50,236 nucleotides of DNA from Actinomycetes bacterium (GTDB lineage Bacteria > Actinomycetota > Acidimicrobiia > Acidimicrobiales > Bog-793). Made by a program: the position numbers and the translations under genes. Location of the stretch: contig JAJZZB010000006.1 of the NCBI GenBank assembly GCA_021797795.1, positions 1 to 50,236 on the forward strand, written 5' to 3'. Below, one piece after another: positions 9,922 through 19,330 of this stretch (within the stretch, counting starts at the first letter, position 1; each line of letters starts with the position of its first letter). The notes beneath the pieces were generated by a model, which saw nothing but the letters and a program-made list of their open reading frames with translations, made no database searches and had not been told where the DNA came from.

Positions 9922-10809
9922 TCACCGCAGGCGGAGGGCCGCCGTCAGTCGCTCGCGCTGCCAGGCCCGCTCCTTGTCGCCGGCCGCCTCGCCGCCGGCG
10001 TCGGCGGCCGCCTGGCGGGCCCGCTCGGCGGCGTCGCGGGCCGCCACGGAGGCCGGCACGACACCGGACCGGCCTCTGGCGGCGAAGTTGCCCCACGGCG
10101 TCGAGACGATCTCCGACGGTGCCGAGGCCGAGGCCGAGCCGGCGTCCACCTCGTAGCGACGGTTCTCGCTCTCGAACAGCCACGGGAGGGCGTCGTGGCG
10201 GATCGCCTCCACGCTCGAGAGCACGGCGTCGCGGATGGCCGCCACAGCGGTCCAGTGCGGGTCGTCGAGGGCGTCGAGGTCCTCGCTCTCGTCCTCGGCC
10301 GTGAGCATGAGGGCGAGATCTGCGACGTCGTCGCTCGCGTGGCGGAGGCGGCGGGCGAGCGCCAGGCGCGAGATCCGCTCGAGAAGCCCCGACCCCGTCC
10401 GCTCCTCCTCTTCCAGCCGGGCGCGGGCCTCGGCCAGGATGTCGGCGAGGGACGCCCCGCTCGGCAGGCGCAGCTGATCGGGGGCGGTGACGACGTGCTC
10501 GGCGCAGTCGAGGGCGAAGCGGGCCGCCTCGTGCAGGTTCCACGATGTCTCCGAGACAAGGCGGGCACGGGTGGCTCCCCCGGAGCCCTCCTCCAGCACC
10601 TCGGCGAGGAAGATCCGTTCGCCGAGCTCGTCGAGGAGGCCGTCGAGGTCGTGCAGGACGATGGGCGTCCCCGCCTGCGGCTCGATGGCCGCCCCGGGCT
10701 CGAAGGTCCCGTCCGCCCTGCGCACCGGGAGCGGCCACTTGGTGACGTCCTCGCCGGCGTGCTGGGCGCCGTCGGCGTCGGTCGGAACGAGGTAGATCTC
10801 CCCTGCCAT
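9922..10809 (-). CDS. Hypothetical protein (weak Imm5-like / phage-type helical motifs)
   Basis: Coding-like codon usage; ATG 10809 with TAGCGT 7 nt upstream; FALDCAEHV and ERAWQRERL segments. Confidence 0.75.
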   Translation of the reverse strand: MAGEIYLVPTDADGAQHAGEDVTKWPLPVRRADGTFEPGAAIEPQAGTPIVLHDLDGLLDELGERIFLAEVLEEGSGGATRARLVSETSWNLHEAARFALDCAEHVVTAPDQLRLPSGASLADILAEARARLEEEERTGSGLLERISRLALARRLRHASDDVADLALMLTAEDESEDLDALDDPHWTAVAAIRDAVLSSVEAIRHDALPWLFESENRRYEVDAGSASASAPSEIVSTPWGNFAARGRSGVVPASVAARDAAERARQAAADAGGEAAGDKERAWQRERLTAALRLR

Positions 10810-10854
10810 GGGCCTCACGCTAATGCGGCCGGGGACGCCGGACCCCGACCACCC

Positions 10855-11967
10855 TCAACCGAGGGGCCCGTCATCCTCGAGGACGACGAGGTCGTCCCGG
10901 TGCACCACCTCGTCGGGCAGCCCCTCGGGCAGCTCGCTCGTGCGCCGGCCGATCCACTCGAGGGAGCGTCCCGAGTCGAGGCTCGAGATCCCCTTGGCGA
11001 ACACGATCCCGTCCGGCCCGACGATCTCGACGGCGTCGTCCGGGCCGAAGGAGCCGCCGACAGCCGTCACCCCGGCCGCCAGCAGGCTCGTCGAGCGCTC
11101 GAGGATGGCCGAGCGGGCGCCGCCGTCGACGACGACGGTCCCCCGTGGCCGGAGGGCGAAGGCGATCCACAGCTTGCGGGCCGACAGCCGGCGCTCGTGG
11201 GGCAGGAACACCGTCCCCACCCCCCCGTGCTCGCTCGTGACGGCGTCGACGAGGACCGACGGCCGGTCGGCCGCCGCCACGACGGTGCGCACGCCGGACC
11301 AGGCCGCCATCTTCGCCGCCGCCAGCTTGGAGGCCATCCCCCCTTGGGCCGCCTCGTTCAGGGTACCGCCGGCGGCCTTCTCGAGGTCGTGGTCGACCTC
11401 GCGCACCTCCTCGATCAGCGTGGCCCCGGCGTCGACGCGGGGATCGGCCGAGAAGAGGCCGGCAAGGTCGGTGAGCAGCACCATCGTGTCGGCGCCGAGC
11501 AGGTGGGCGACGAGGGCGGCGAGGCGGTCGTTGTCGCCGAAGCGGATCTCGTCATCCGCGATGGCGTCGTTCTCGTTCACGACCGGGACCACGCCGAGGT
11601 CGAGCAGGCGGCGGAGCGTCTCGCGGGCGTGCAGGTACCGCCCCCGGTCGGCGAAGTCGAGCGGGGCGAGCAGGACCTGGCCCGCCAGCATGCCGTGGGC
11701 GGCGAAGGCGTCGTCGTAGACCCGCATCAGGCGGTGCTGGCCGATCGAGGCGAGCGCCTGCAAGGTGACGGGGTCCGCCGGCCGGGCGCCTCCCGGGGCG
11801 AGCGCCGCCACCCCGGCCGTGACGGCGCCGGAGGTGACCACGACCGTCCGGTGGCCGAGGTGGCGCAGCTCGGCCACCTGCCCGCAGAGGCGGGCGACGG
11901 CCGGCTCGCTCACGCCCCCGTCGGGGAGGGTGACCGAGCTCGTCCCGATCTTCACGACCACGATCAT
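10855..11967 (-). CDS. proB: Glutamate 5-kinase
   Basis: VVKIGTSS, VTSGAV, PVVNENDA, FGDNDRLAALVA, GGMASKL, C-terminal PUA; ATG overlaps obgE TGA. Confidence 0.97.
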   Translation of the reverse strand: MIVVVKIGTSSVTLPDGGVSEPAVARLCGQVAELRHLGHRTVVVTSGAVTAGVAALAPGGARPADPVTLQALASIGQHRLMRVYDDAFAAHGMLAGQVLLAPLDFADRGRYLHARETLRRLLDLGVVPVVNENDAIADDEIRFGDNDRLAALVAHLLGADTMVLLTDLAGLFSADPRVDAGATLIEEVREVDHDLEKAAGGTLNEAAQGGMASKLAAAKMAAWSGVRTVVAAADRPSVLVDAVTSEHGGVGTVFLPHERRLSARKLWIAFALRPRGTVVVDGGARSAILERSTSLLAAGVTAVGGSFGPDDAVEIVGPDGIVFAKGISSLDSGRSLEWIGRRTSELPEGLPDEVVHRDDLVVLEDDGPLG

Positions 11968-13253
11968 CAGTCCGGCTCCCACTCGAAGACGAGGCCGCCG
12001 ATCCGCACGGTGTCACCCGGCCTCGCCCCCGCCCGCTGCAGGGCGCGGTCGACGCCGAGGCGCCGGAGGCGCCGCTGGGCGAGCGCCAGGGCGTCGGGAT
12101 CGGTGAGGTCCGACAGCGCCACCGCCCGGACGGCGTCCCGCCCGGTGACGACGTAGCCGCCGCCCTCCCGGCCGACGCTCACGGCGTCGGGGAGCGGCCG
12201 GTGGATCACCGGCGCCGTCCTGGGGGCGGGCGACTCGTCCCGCGCCCGGGCGACGAGGCCTGCGAGGCGGGCGACGAGCTCGGCGAGGTGCTCGCCGGTG
12301 GCGGCCGAGATCTCGAGCTCGCCGCCGTAGGAGGCCGTCCCGGGCCGCTCGCCGGCCGGAACGGCGTCCGAGCGGGAGCCGGCGACGATGCGGGGGCGCT
12401 CGAGCAGCTCGGGGCGGTAGCGGCGCAGCTCGTCGAGCAGGACGGTCACCTGCTCGGCGGGCGTGCGCTCGAAGGAGGCCAGGTCGGCGAGCACGAGCAG
12501 CACCCTCGCCCGCTCGACGTGGCGGAGGAAGCGGTGGCCGAGCCCTCGTCCCTCCGCTGCCCCCTCGACGAGGCCGGGGATGTCGGCGATGACGAACTCC
12601 GCCCCCGACTCCTGCTTGGTGGCGGGCTGGCGGCCCGAGCGCCCGAGGTAGACGACGCCGAGATGGGGCTCGAGGGTCGTGAAGGGGTAGTCGGCGATCT
12701 TCGGCCGGGCCGCCGAGACGGCCGCCACGAGGGTCGACTTGCCGGCGTTCGGGAAGCCGACGACGGCGACGTCGGCCATCAGCTCGAGCCCGAGGTCGAG
12801 CCAGCGCTCCTCGCCGAGCTCGGCCTGCTCGGCGAAGGCCGGCGCCCGCAGGCGGTTGGTGAGGAAGCGGGCGTTGCCGTGGCCTCCCCTCCCGCCGCGG
12901 GCGGCGAGGAAGCGGTCGCCCTCGCTGACGAGATCGGCGACGAGGTCGCCCGACAGGGTCCGCACGGTCGTCCCCTCCGGGACCGGGACGACGAGGTCCT
13001 CGCCGCGCCGGCCGTGGCGGCGCTTGCCGGAGCCGTGGGTGCCGTCGGCCGCCCGCCGGTGGGGGTGCTCCTCGAAGGCGACGAGGGAGACCACGTTGCG
13101 TGAGGCCTCGAGGTAGACGTCGCCCCCGTCGCCGCCGTCGCCGCCGTCAGGACCCCCCTTGGCCACGTGGGCCTCCCTGCGGAAGGAGATGGCACCGGCG
13201 CCGCCGTTGCCGCCCTTCACGTTGACCTGCGCCTCGTCGACGAAGCCGGGCAC
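11967..13253 (-). CDS. obgE: GTPase ObgE/CgtA
   Basis: FVDEA...GGNGGAG.ISFRRE...GGPDGGDGG, GFPNAGKST, PKIADYPFTTL, DIPGLVEGA. Confidence 0.97.
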   Translation of the reverse strand: MPGFVDEAQVNVKGGNGGAGAISFRREAHVAKGGPDGGDGGDGGDVYLEASRNVVSLVAFEEHPHRRAADGTHGSGKRRHGRRGEDLVVPVPEGTTVRTLSGDLVADLVSEGDRFLAARGGRGGHGNARFLTNRLRAPAFAEQAELGEERWLDLGLELMADVAVVGFPNAGKSTLVAAVSAARPKIADYPFTTLEPHLGVVYLGRSGRQPATKQESGAEFVIADIPGLVEGAAEGRGLGHRFLRHVERARVLLVLADLASFERTPAEQVTVLLDELRRYRPELLERPRIVAGSRSDAVPAGERPGTASYGGELEISAATGEHLAELVARLAGLVARARDESPAPRTAPVIHRPLPDAVSVGREGGGYVVTGRDAVRAVALSDLTDPDALALAQRRLRRLGVDRALQRAGARPGDTVRIGGLVFEWEPD

Positions 13254-13259
13254 GGCCGC

Positions 13260-13850
13260 TCAGTTGAGGGAGGGGTCGAGGGGATGGCGGGCGAGCACCG
13301 ACAGCCAGCCGCCCTCTTCCCGCAGCACCGCCTCCCAGAGCCCTTCGGGCTCGGGCGTGAGGATGTGCTCGGCGCGGCCGTCGACGACGAACCAGGCGTC
13401 GTCGGCGATCTCGTCGTCGAGCTGGCCGCGGCCCCAGCCGGCATAGCCCTTGAAGACCCGCAGGCCGGCGAAGCTGACGGCGAGCTCCTCCGGCTCACGG
13501 TGCAGGTCGACGGTGCCGATCGTGCCGGTGAGGGGCGAGTAGCCCTCGAGGTCCCCTTCGAGGCCCTCGAGGGTGGTCTCGAGCGACTCGAGGCCGCCGG
13601 CGGTGTGCCCGACGCAGATGGCGGCGTTCGGCTGGACCGGGCCGCCGCTGAAGAGCACCCCCGGCTCGGAGGCGTGCAGCGCCCAGCTCGGGACGATCTC
13701 GGCCAGTGGCATGTCGCTCGGTCGGTTCAAGACGACCCCGAGAGCGCCGTCCTCGTCGCAGGCGAGCAGCAGCACGACGGTGCGGAAGAAGTTCGGATCG
13801 ACGAGGCTCGGGGCGGCGACGAGGAGACGACCCCGTTCGGGCGGGTTCAT
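13260..13850 (-). CDS. YqgE/AlgH family protein
   Basis: GRLLVAAPSLVDPNFFRTVVLL, GVVLNRP, GGPV, GYAGW..GQL..EI...AW, DPSLN. Confidence 0.93.
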   Translation of the reverse strand: MNPPERGRLLVAAPSLVDPNFFRTVVLLLACDEDGALGVVLNRPSDMPLAEIVPSWALHASEPGVLFSGGPVQPNAAICVGHTAGGLESLETTLEGLEGDLEGYSPLTGTIGTVDLHREPEELAVSFAGLRVFKGYAGWGRGQLDDEIADDAWFVVDGRAEHILTPEPEGLWEAVLREEGGWLSVLARHPLDPSLN

Positions 13851-13863
13851 CGCCCGCCCCCGG

Positions 13864-14121
13864 TCACCCCTCGTCGGGGAGGACGTCCACCAGGCGACGT
13901 CCGCGCCGGGCTCCGAACTTCACCCGTCCCTCGGCACGGGCGAACAGGGTGTCGTCCTTGCCCCGGCCGACGTTCTCGCCCGGGTGGAAGCGGGTCCCCC
14001 GCTGGCGGACGATGATCGAGCCGGCATTCACGCGGGTGCCGTCGAACACCTTCACGCCGAGCCGCTGGGCGGTCGAGTCGCGGCCGTTGCGGGTCGAGCC
14101 CCCGCCCTTGGTCTTGGACAT
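13864..14121 (-). CDS. rpmA: 50S ribosomal protein L27
   Basis: [24 protein letters not shown]...[26 protein letters not shown]. Confidence 0.98.
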   Translation of the reverse strand: MSKTKGGGSTRNGRDSTAQRLGVKVFDGTRVNAGSIIVRQRGTRFHPGENVGRGKDDTLFARAEGRVKFGARRGRRLVDVLPDEG

Positions 14122-14134
14122 CTGCCGGTGCCTC

Positions 14135-14461
14135 CTACTTCTTCGCCGGCTCGCCGGCCTCGATGCCGGTGATCTCGAGCGTGGTGTAGCGCTGGCGGTG
14201 GCCGTAGTGGCGCCGCTGGCGAGTCTTCGACTTGTAGGTGAATCCCTGAATCTTCGGGCCCTTGGTCTCACCGACCACCGTCGCCGTCACGCTGGCCGCC
14301 GCCAGCGCCGCAGGGTCGACGACGACCGCCTCGCCGTCGACGAGCAGGGTCGGGGTCAGGCGGACCTCGTCGCCGGCGGCGGAGGCGAGCAGCTCCACGT
14401 TCACCCGCTCGCCGACCTCGACGCGCGCCTGCTTTCCTCCGGTGCTGATCACGGCGTACAT
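14135..14461 (-). CDS. rplU: 50S ribosomal protein L21
   Basis: [14 protein letters not shown]...[23 protein letters not shown]. Confidence 0.97.
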   Translation of the reverse strand: MYAVISTGGKQARVEVGERVNVELLASAAGDEVRLTPTLLVDGEAVVVDPAALAAASVTATVVGETKGPKIQGFTYKSKTRQRRHYGHRQRYTTLEITGIEAGEPAKK

Positions 14462-14556
14462 AGGTTGACCAGGATAACAGCCGCCCGGCCGGGGCTGTAC
14501 CGCATGTGGACCGCCCCGGTCCGGCTCTTCGGTCCGGCGACGGCGCGACGGGCCGG

Positions 14557-16326
14557 TCAGGCGGCCGGGCCCTCCCTGAAGACGATCCCCCGCCCCTTGC
14601 ACATCGGGCAGGTCTCCGAGAGCGTCTCGACGAGGCCCTCCCCGACTCGCTTGCGGGTCATCTCGACGAGGCCGAGCTCGGAGATCTCGAAGACCTGGGT
14701 CGGGGTCTTGTCGCGGGCGAGCGCCGCCTTGAAGGCGGCCAGCACCGCCTGGCGGTTCGCCTTCACCTCCATGTCGATGAAGTCGATGACGATGATCCCG
14801 CCGATGTCGCGCAGGCGCAGCTGGCGGGCGATCTCGTCGGCCGCCTCGAGGTTGTTCTCGAAGACCGTCTCCTCGAGGCTCGAGGAGCCGACGTTCTTCC
14901 CGGTGTTCACGTCGATCACGGTGAGCGCCTCGGTCCGCTCGATGATGAGCGACCCCCCCGAGGGCAGCCACACCTTGCGGTCGAGCGCCTTGTGCAGCTG
15001 CTCGTGGACGTGCTGGCGCTCGAACAGCGGCAGGCTCTCGACGGAGGTGTCGTAGAGCTCGATCCGCTCGGCGAGCTCGGGGTCGAACTCAGCAACATAG
15101 GCGCGGACGATCTCGTAGAGCTCCCTGTCGTCGATGAGGACGGCGCGGTGCTCCTCGGTCAGCTCCTCCCGGATGATCCGCACGGCCATGTGGGGCTCGG
15201 AGTAGAGCAGCGCCGGGGCGGGCAGGCGCTTGGCGCGCTCTTCGATCTCCACCCACCGGGCGACGAGCTGCTCGACGTCACGGCGGAGGTCCTCGGCCGA
15301 GGCGCCCTGGGCGGCGGTGCGGACGATGAGGCCGTGGCCCTCGGGGCGGACCTGGTCGAGCTCGCGGCGCAGCCGCTTGCGCTCGTTGTCGTCGAGGCGC
15401 CGGGAGATCCCGTTCGTGTCCGAATTCGGCACGAGGACGACAAAACGGCCCGGGAGCGAGACCTCCTGGGTGAGCCGGGCCCCCTTCAGGCCGATCGGGT
15501 TCTTCGTCACCTGGGAGACGATGGTCTGCCCCGGCCGGAGCAGGTGCTCGATCCGGTCGGCCCCTGCCTGGCGGTCGATGTCGTCCCGGTCGTAGGAGAC
15601 GTCGCCCCAGTACAACACGGCGTTCTTCGGCGTCCCGATGTCGATGAAGGCCGCCTCCATCCCCGGCAGGACGTTCTTCACCCGCCCGCGGTAGATGTTG
15701 CCGATGATCTGGTTGCTGTCGTCCTGGGGGCGTGCGACGTAGTGCTCGACGAGGGCCCGGCCCTCGAGGACGGCGATCTGGGTGGCGTCCGGCTCGACGT
15801 GGACGCACATGAGGTAGCGGCCGACGGTCCTGCCGGCGCGCTCGCGGCCCCGCCGAGAGCGCGAGGCGCCCTGGCGGGGACGGGCGGGCTCGGCGGGAGG
15901 CACCGGCGGCGCCTCTCTCGGGACGGCGTCCGGCGTCGCCGTGGCGCCGGCCCGCTCGCTCCCGGAGGCGGCCGGCGACAAAGCGCGCTCGGCGCCCGCG
16001 CTGCCCGAGCCGCGACGCCGGCCTCTCCCGCCGCGACGGCGCCGTGCGCCGCTCTTCGAGCCGGAGCCGGCCTGACCGGGGGACTCGCCGCCCGGACCGG
16101 GTCCCTGGCGTCGAGCGGGCTGCTCGGCGGAATCTGCCGACTGGGGCGCCGGCCGGGTATCGCCGATCTGGGGCTTTCTCTGTAGGGGACGGACCCCCTC
16201 AGCAGCCGCGGGCGCGCCCTCCGGGGCGGTCGGCGGCGGGGCCGGGCGGGCCGGAGGCTCGCCGCGGGACGAGCCGTTCTCGGCAGGTGCGCCGGGCGCC
16301 TGCCGGTCGGTGGTCGGTTCCGACAT
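14557..16326 (-). CDS. rne: Ribonuclease E/G family
   Basis: Disordered Arg/Pro-rich N-terminus then GNIYRGRVKNVLPGMEAAFIDIG, VWLPSGGSL, IDVNTG, LRLRDIGGIIVIDFIDM, CPMCKG. Confidence 0.96.
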   Translation of the reverse strand: MSEPTTDRQAPGAPAENGSSRGEPPARPAPPPTAPEGAPAAAEGVRPLQRKPQIGDTRPAPQSADSAEQPARRQGPGPGGESPGQAGSGSKSGARRRRGGRGRRRGSGSAGAERALSPAASGSERAGATATPDAVPREAPPVPPAEPARPRQGASRSRRGRERAGRTVGRYLMCVHVEPDATQIAVLEGRALVEHYVARPQDDSNQIIGNIYRGRVKNVLPGMEAAFIDIGTPKNAVLYWGDVSYDRDDIDRQAGADRIEHLLRPGQTIVSQVTKNPIGLKGARLTQEVSLPGRFVVLVPNSDTNGISRRLDDNERKRLRRELDQVRPEGHGLIVRTAAQGASAEDLRRDVEQLVARWVEIEERAKRLPAPALLYSEPHMAVRIIREELTEEHRAVLIDDRELYEIVRAYVAEFDPELAERIELYDTSVESLPLFERQHVHEQLHKALDRKVWLPSGGSLIIERTEALTVIDVNTGKNVGSSSLEETVFENNLEAADEIARQLRLRDIGGIIVIDFIDMEVKANRQAVLAAFKAALARDKTPTQVFEISELGLVEMTRKRVGEGLVETLSETCPMCKGRGIVFREGPAA

Positions 16327-16589
16327 CGAGTGGGTCCCTTCTCCGGGGCACGCACGCGTGGCGTGCCGCAGACGCCGTCGGTGCCGTCGCTGCGCACGGA
16401 CGGGCAGCGACGCGCTCGGAGTCGGCGTCTCGTTCTTCGAAAAGTGGCGTGTCCCCGTTGTCGTCCGCTCCGGCGGAGCCCCTCAGGACACCCGGGCCGA
16501 GCAGGCAGCAGAGCACGGAGCAGACGGCGAACGCCGGAGCCGAGCCCAGGAACGGCCGCAGCTGGGAACTCGTCGTCATCTCGGCCTCC

Positions 16590-16595
16590 AGTGTA
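16590..16595 (-). promoter_or_regulatory. Putative -10 box of rne promoter (long 5' UTR)
   Basis: TACACT on minus strand ~260 nt upstream of rne ATG, just past the mrdA stop. Confidence 0.45.
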
Positions 16596-16623
16596 CAGAG
16601 GCCGGGCCCGTCTCCCGGGTCGC

Positions 16624-18780
16624 TCAGCCGGCGCCGGCGGGAGCCGACGGGCGGAGCGGCCCGGTCGGGTGGTGGATCAGGTACTCGAAGAGCTTGATGA
16701 CCACGGGCGCGGCGGCCGAGGCGCCGTAGCCGGCGTGGGGGATCGCCGCCGCGATGACGTACTTCGGATTCGACGTCGGGCCGAAGGCGACGAAGAGCGA
16801 GTCGGTGTTGTTGGAGTTCGTGTTCGCCGTCAGCTGCGAGGTGCCGGTCTTGCCGGCGAGGGGGAGCTTGGCATAGGGGTAGTGCAGGGCCTGGGCCGTC
16901 GGATAGGCGGTCCCGATCGGCTGGGTGAAGACGCCCTCCAGTCCCCGGAGGATCGTCTGGTAGGTGGTCGACGGGAGCGAGACGTGGTCCATCACGCGCG
17001 GACGGATCCGCCGGATGACCCTGCCCGTCGGCGAGACGATCTCGGCCGCCACCCGCGGGGAGTACCGGGTGCCGCCGTTGGCGAAGGTGGCGTAGGCGTT
17101 CGCCAGCTGGAGCGGGGTGAGGAGGGTCTCGCCCTGGCCGAAGGCGGTGATGATGGCGTTGCCCGGCCCGTAGTAGGTGTTGGGGAACGCCGACGGGTTC
17201 TGGCGGTGCTGGGCGACGCGCAGCTGCGGCGAGTCGACCTGGCCGTAGTACTCCCCCGGCAGGTCGATCCCCGACGGCCGGCCCCACCCGTAGGCCGAGG
17301 CCGCCTTCTGGATCGGGTCGGGGCCGTACTGGGAGGCCCTCGAGTAGAACCAGTAGCCGAGGGTGTAGAAGAACACGTCGTCGGACATCGAGAGCCCGGT
17401 CACGATGTTGCAGGCCCCGCAGGACTCCCCGGCGTTGTTGTAGAAGGTGCAGCTGCCGCTGCAGTTCGGGACGGTGAACGAGCCGGGGTCGGAGATGAGC
17501 GTGTAGGGCGTGACGAGGCCGGTGTTGAGGGCAGCCGTGGCGGTCGCCAGCTTGAAGGTCGAGCCCGGCGTGTAGAGGCCCTGGATCGCCCGGTTGAGCA
17601 TCGGCTCGTGGGCGCTCGCTCTCGTGAGCGCCTTGTAGTGGGCGGTCGACATCCCCCCGACCCACCACGACGGGTTGTAGTTCGGCGCCGAGGCCATGGC
17701 GAGGATCGCCCCGTTCCGCGGGTCCTCGACCACGACGGCGCCGGAGTTCACCCCGTTGCCCGCCAGGGAGCGGATCTCGCCCTGGAGGATCGACTGGGCG
17801 GCCCGCTGCAGCCCGATGTCGATGTTGAGCACGACGTTGTCGCCCGGCACGGCCGGGACCACGTGCTTGGTCCCGACAGGGTCGCCCGAGGCGTCGACGA
17901 GCAGCTGCCGGGTGCCCGTGCGGCCCCGCAGGTAGCGCTCGTACTGCCACTCGATGCCGGCCTGCCCGATGACGTCGCCCGGGACGTAGCCCTGCCCCTT
18001 CAGCTGCTTCAGCTCGGCCGGCGAGATGGCGCCGGTGAAGCCGAGCACCTGGGAGGCGAGGGAGCCGTAGGGGTACTGGGGCTCGGCCACGTTGGAGACC
18101 GTGACGCCGGGGAACATCGAGCGGTGCTCGGAGAGGTAGACGATGACGCTCGGGCTGGCACCGACCTCCACCGGCACCGGCTGGTAGATCGAGTCCTGCT
18201 GGTCGTTGATGGCGGCCGTGATCTGGGCGAGGGAGATCCCGAGGGTCACGGCCAGCCGCCGGACGACCGCCGGGTCGGCGGCGGCCACCTGGCGGTTCAA
18301 GGTGATGACGGGCTCGACCTTGTTCGAGACGAGCACCTGGCCGCCGCGCGCCTCGATGAGGCCGCGGGGCGGGGTGATGGCGACGTCGCGGGTGGTGAGG
18401 CTGATGACGTTGCTGATGGCGCTCGAGCTGTGGAGGACCTGCAGCGACCACAGCCGGAAGACCATGACGCCGAACAGCCCGATCACGACGATGCCCATGG
18501 CCGTGAGGCGCACGCCGACGCGGACGGACTCCCGCCGGCGGGCCTGCTCCTTTCGCTCCTCCTCGAGCCGCTTGAGCGGGCTGGCAGCGGGCCGGCGCGG
18601 GTCGTGGGTGGCCGGGTCCTCATCGAGGCCGGGCGAGCGCTGGATGGAGCGGGGGGCGTAGCGGGCCGACGGGTCGCCCGGGCGCGGCCGGCTGGCGTCG
18701 GGTGTCCGCCTCCCCGGCGGCGAGGGGCGGCCGGGTCCGGCGAACCGGCCCGAGGGCGGGCGGCGGCGAGGCGTCGTCAC
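16624..18780 (-). CDS. mrdA: Penicillin-binding protein 2 (class B)
   Basis: TM anchor + RLWSLQV, PPRGLI, dimerisation domain, PGSTFK (SxxK), SDDVFFY, GKTGT; GTG 18780 overlaps mreD stop. Confidence 0.94.
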   Translation of the reverse strand: MTTPRRRPPSGRFAGPGRPSPPGRRTPDASRPRPGDPSARYAPRSIQRSPGLDEDPATHDPRRPAASPLKRLEEERKEQARRRESVRVGVRLTAMGIVVIGLFGVMVFRLWSLQVLHSSSAISNVISLTTRDVAITPPRGLIEARGGQVLVSNKVEPVITLNRQVAAADPAVVRRLAVTLGISLAQITAAINDQQDSIYQPVPVEVGASPSVIVYLSEHRSMFPGVTVSNVAEPQYPYGSLASQVLGFTGAISPAELKQLKGQGYVPGDVIGQAGIEWQYERYLRGRTGTRQLLVDASGDPVGTKHVVPAVPGDNVVLNIDIGLQRAAQSILQGEIRSLAGNGVNSGAVVVEDPRNGAILAMASAPNYNPSWWVGGMSTAHYKALTRASAHEPMLNRAIQGLYTPGSTFKLATATAALNTGLVTPYTLISDPGSFTVPNCSGSCTFYNNAGESCGACNIVTGLSMSDDVFFYTLGYWFYSRASQYGPDPIQKAASAYGWGRPSGIDLPGEYYGQVDSPQLRVAQHRQNPSAFPNTYYGPGNAIITAFGQGETLLTPLQLANAYATFANGGTRYSPRVAAEIVSPTGRVIRRIRPRVMDHVSLPSTTYQTILRGLEGVFTQPIGTAYPTAQALHYPYAKLPLAGKTGTSQLTANTNSNNTDSLFVAFGPTSNPKYVIAAAIPHAGYGASAAAPVVIKLFEYLIHHPTGPLRPSAPAGAG

Positions 18781-19325
18781 CCGCGCGATACCCCGGCGGT
18801 GGCGAGCTCCCTGCTCTGCTGGGCGCTGGCCGAGAACGCCCAGCGCATCACCGCCACCCCGGGGACGGCGAGGACGGCATTCGCCACCGAGACCACGGCG
18901 AGCACGTCGACGAGCTGGGCGCGGGCGAGGTGGGGCTGGCCGACGAGGATCGCCAGGCCGAGGTAGAGCAGCGTCCCACCGATGCTGCCGAGGAAGGCCG
19001 TCGCCACCTTGAACAGGTGCGGGGCCCGCCCGCCCGGGAGAGCGGCGGTCTGACCGACGGTGAACGCCACGAGCACGTAGCACAGCGCCGAGAGCCCGTA
19101 GGGCGTGACGACGAACAGGTCGGCGACGAGCCCGGTGACGAAGCCGACGACGGCGCCGGCCTGGGGGCCGGCGACGAGGCCGGCGCAGATGGCCACGAGC
19201 AGGAAGGCGTCGGGATGGACGTTGGCCAGCGTCACCTGCTGGAGCAGGCCGACCTGGACGACGACGATCACGACGCCGACGATGAACAGGCGGCGCCAGG
19301 TGCGGAGCGTGAGCACGCCGGCCAT
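18777..19325 (-). CDS. mreD: Rod shape-determining protein MreD
   Basis: Hydrophobic; HPD.FLL, G...GAVVGF..GL..DL, PYGLSAL; position after mreC. Confidence 0.9.
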   Translation of the reverse strand: MAGVLTLRTWRRLFIVGVVIVVVQVGLLQQVTLANVHPDAFLLVAICAGLVAGPQAGAVVGFVTGLVADLFVVTPYGLSALCYVLVAFTVGQTAALPGGRAPHLFKVATAFLGSIGGTLLYLGLAILVGQPHLARAQLVDVLAVVSVANAVLAVPGVAVMRWAFSASAQQSRELATAGVSRG

Positions 19326-19330
19326 GGTGC

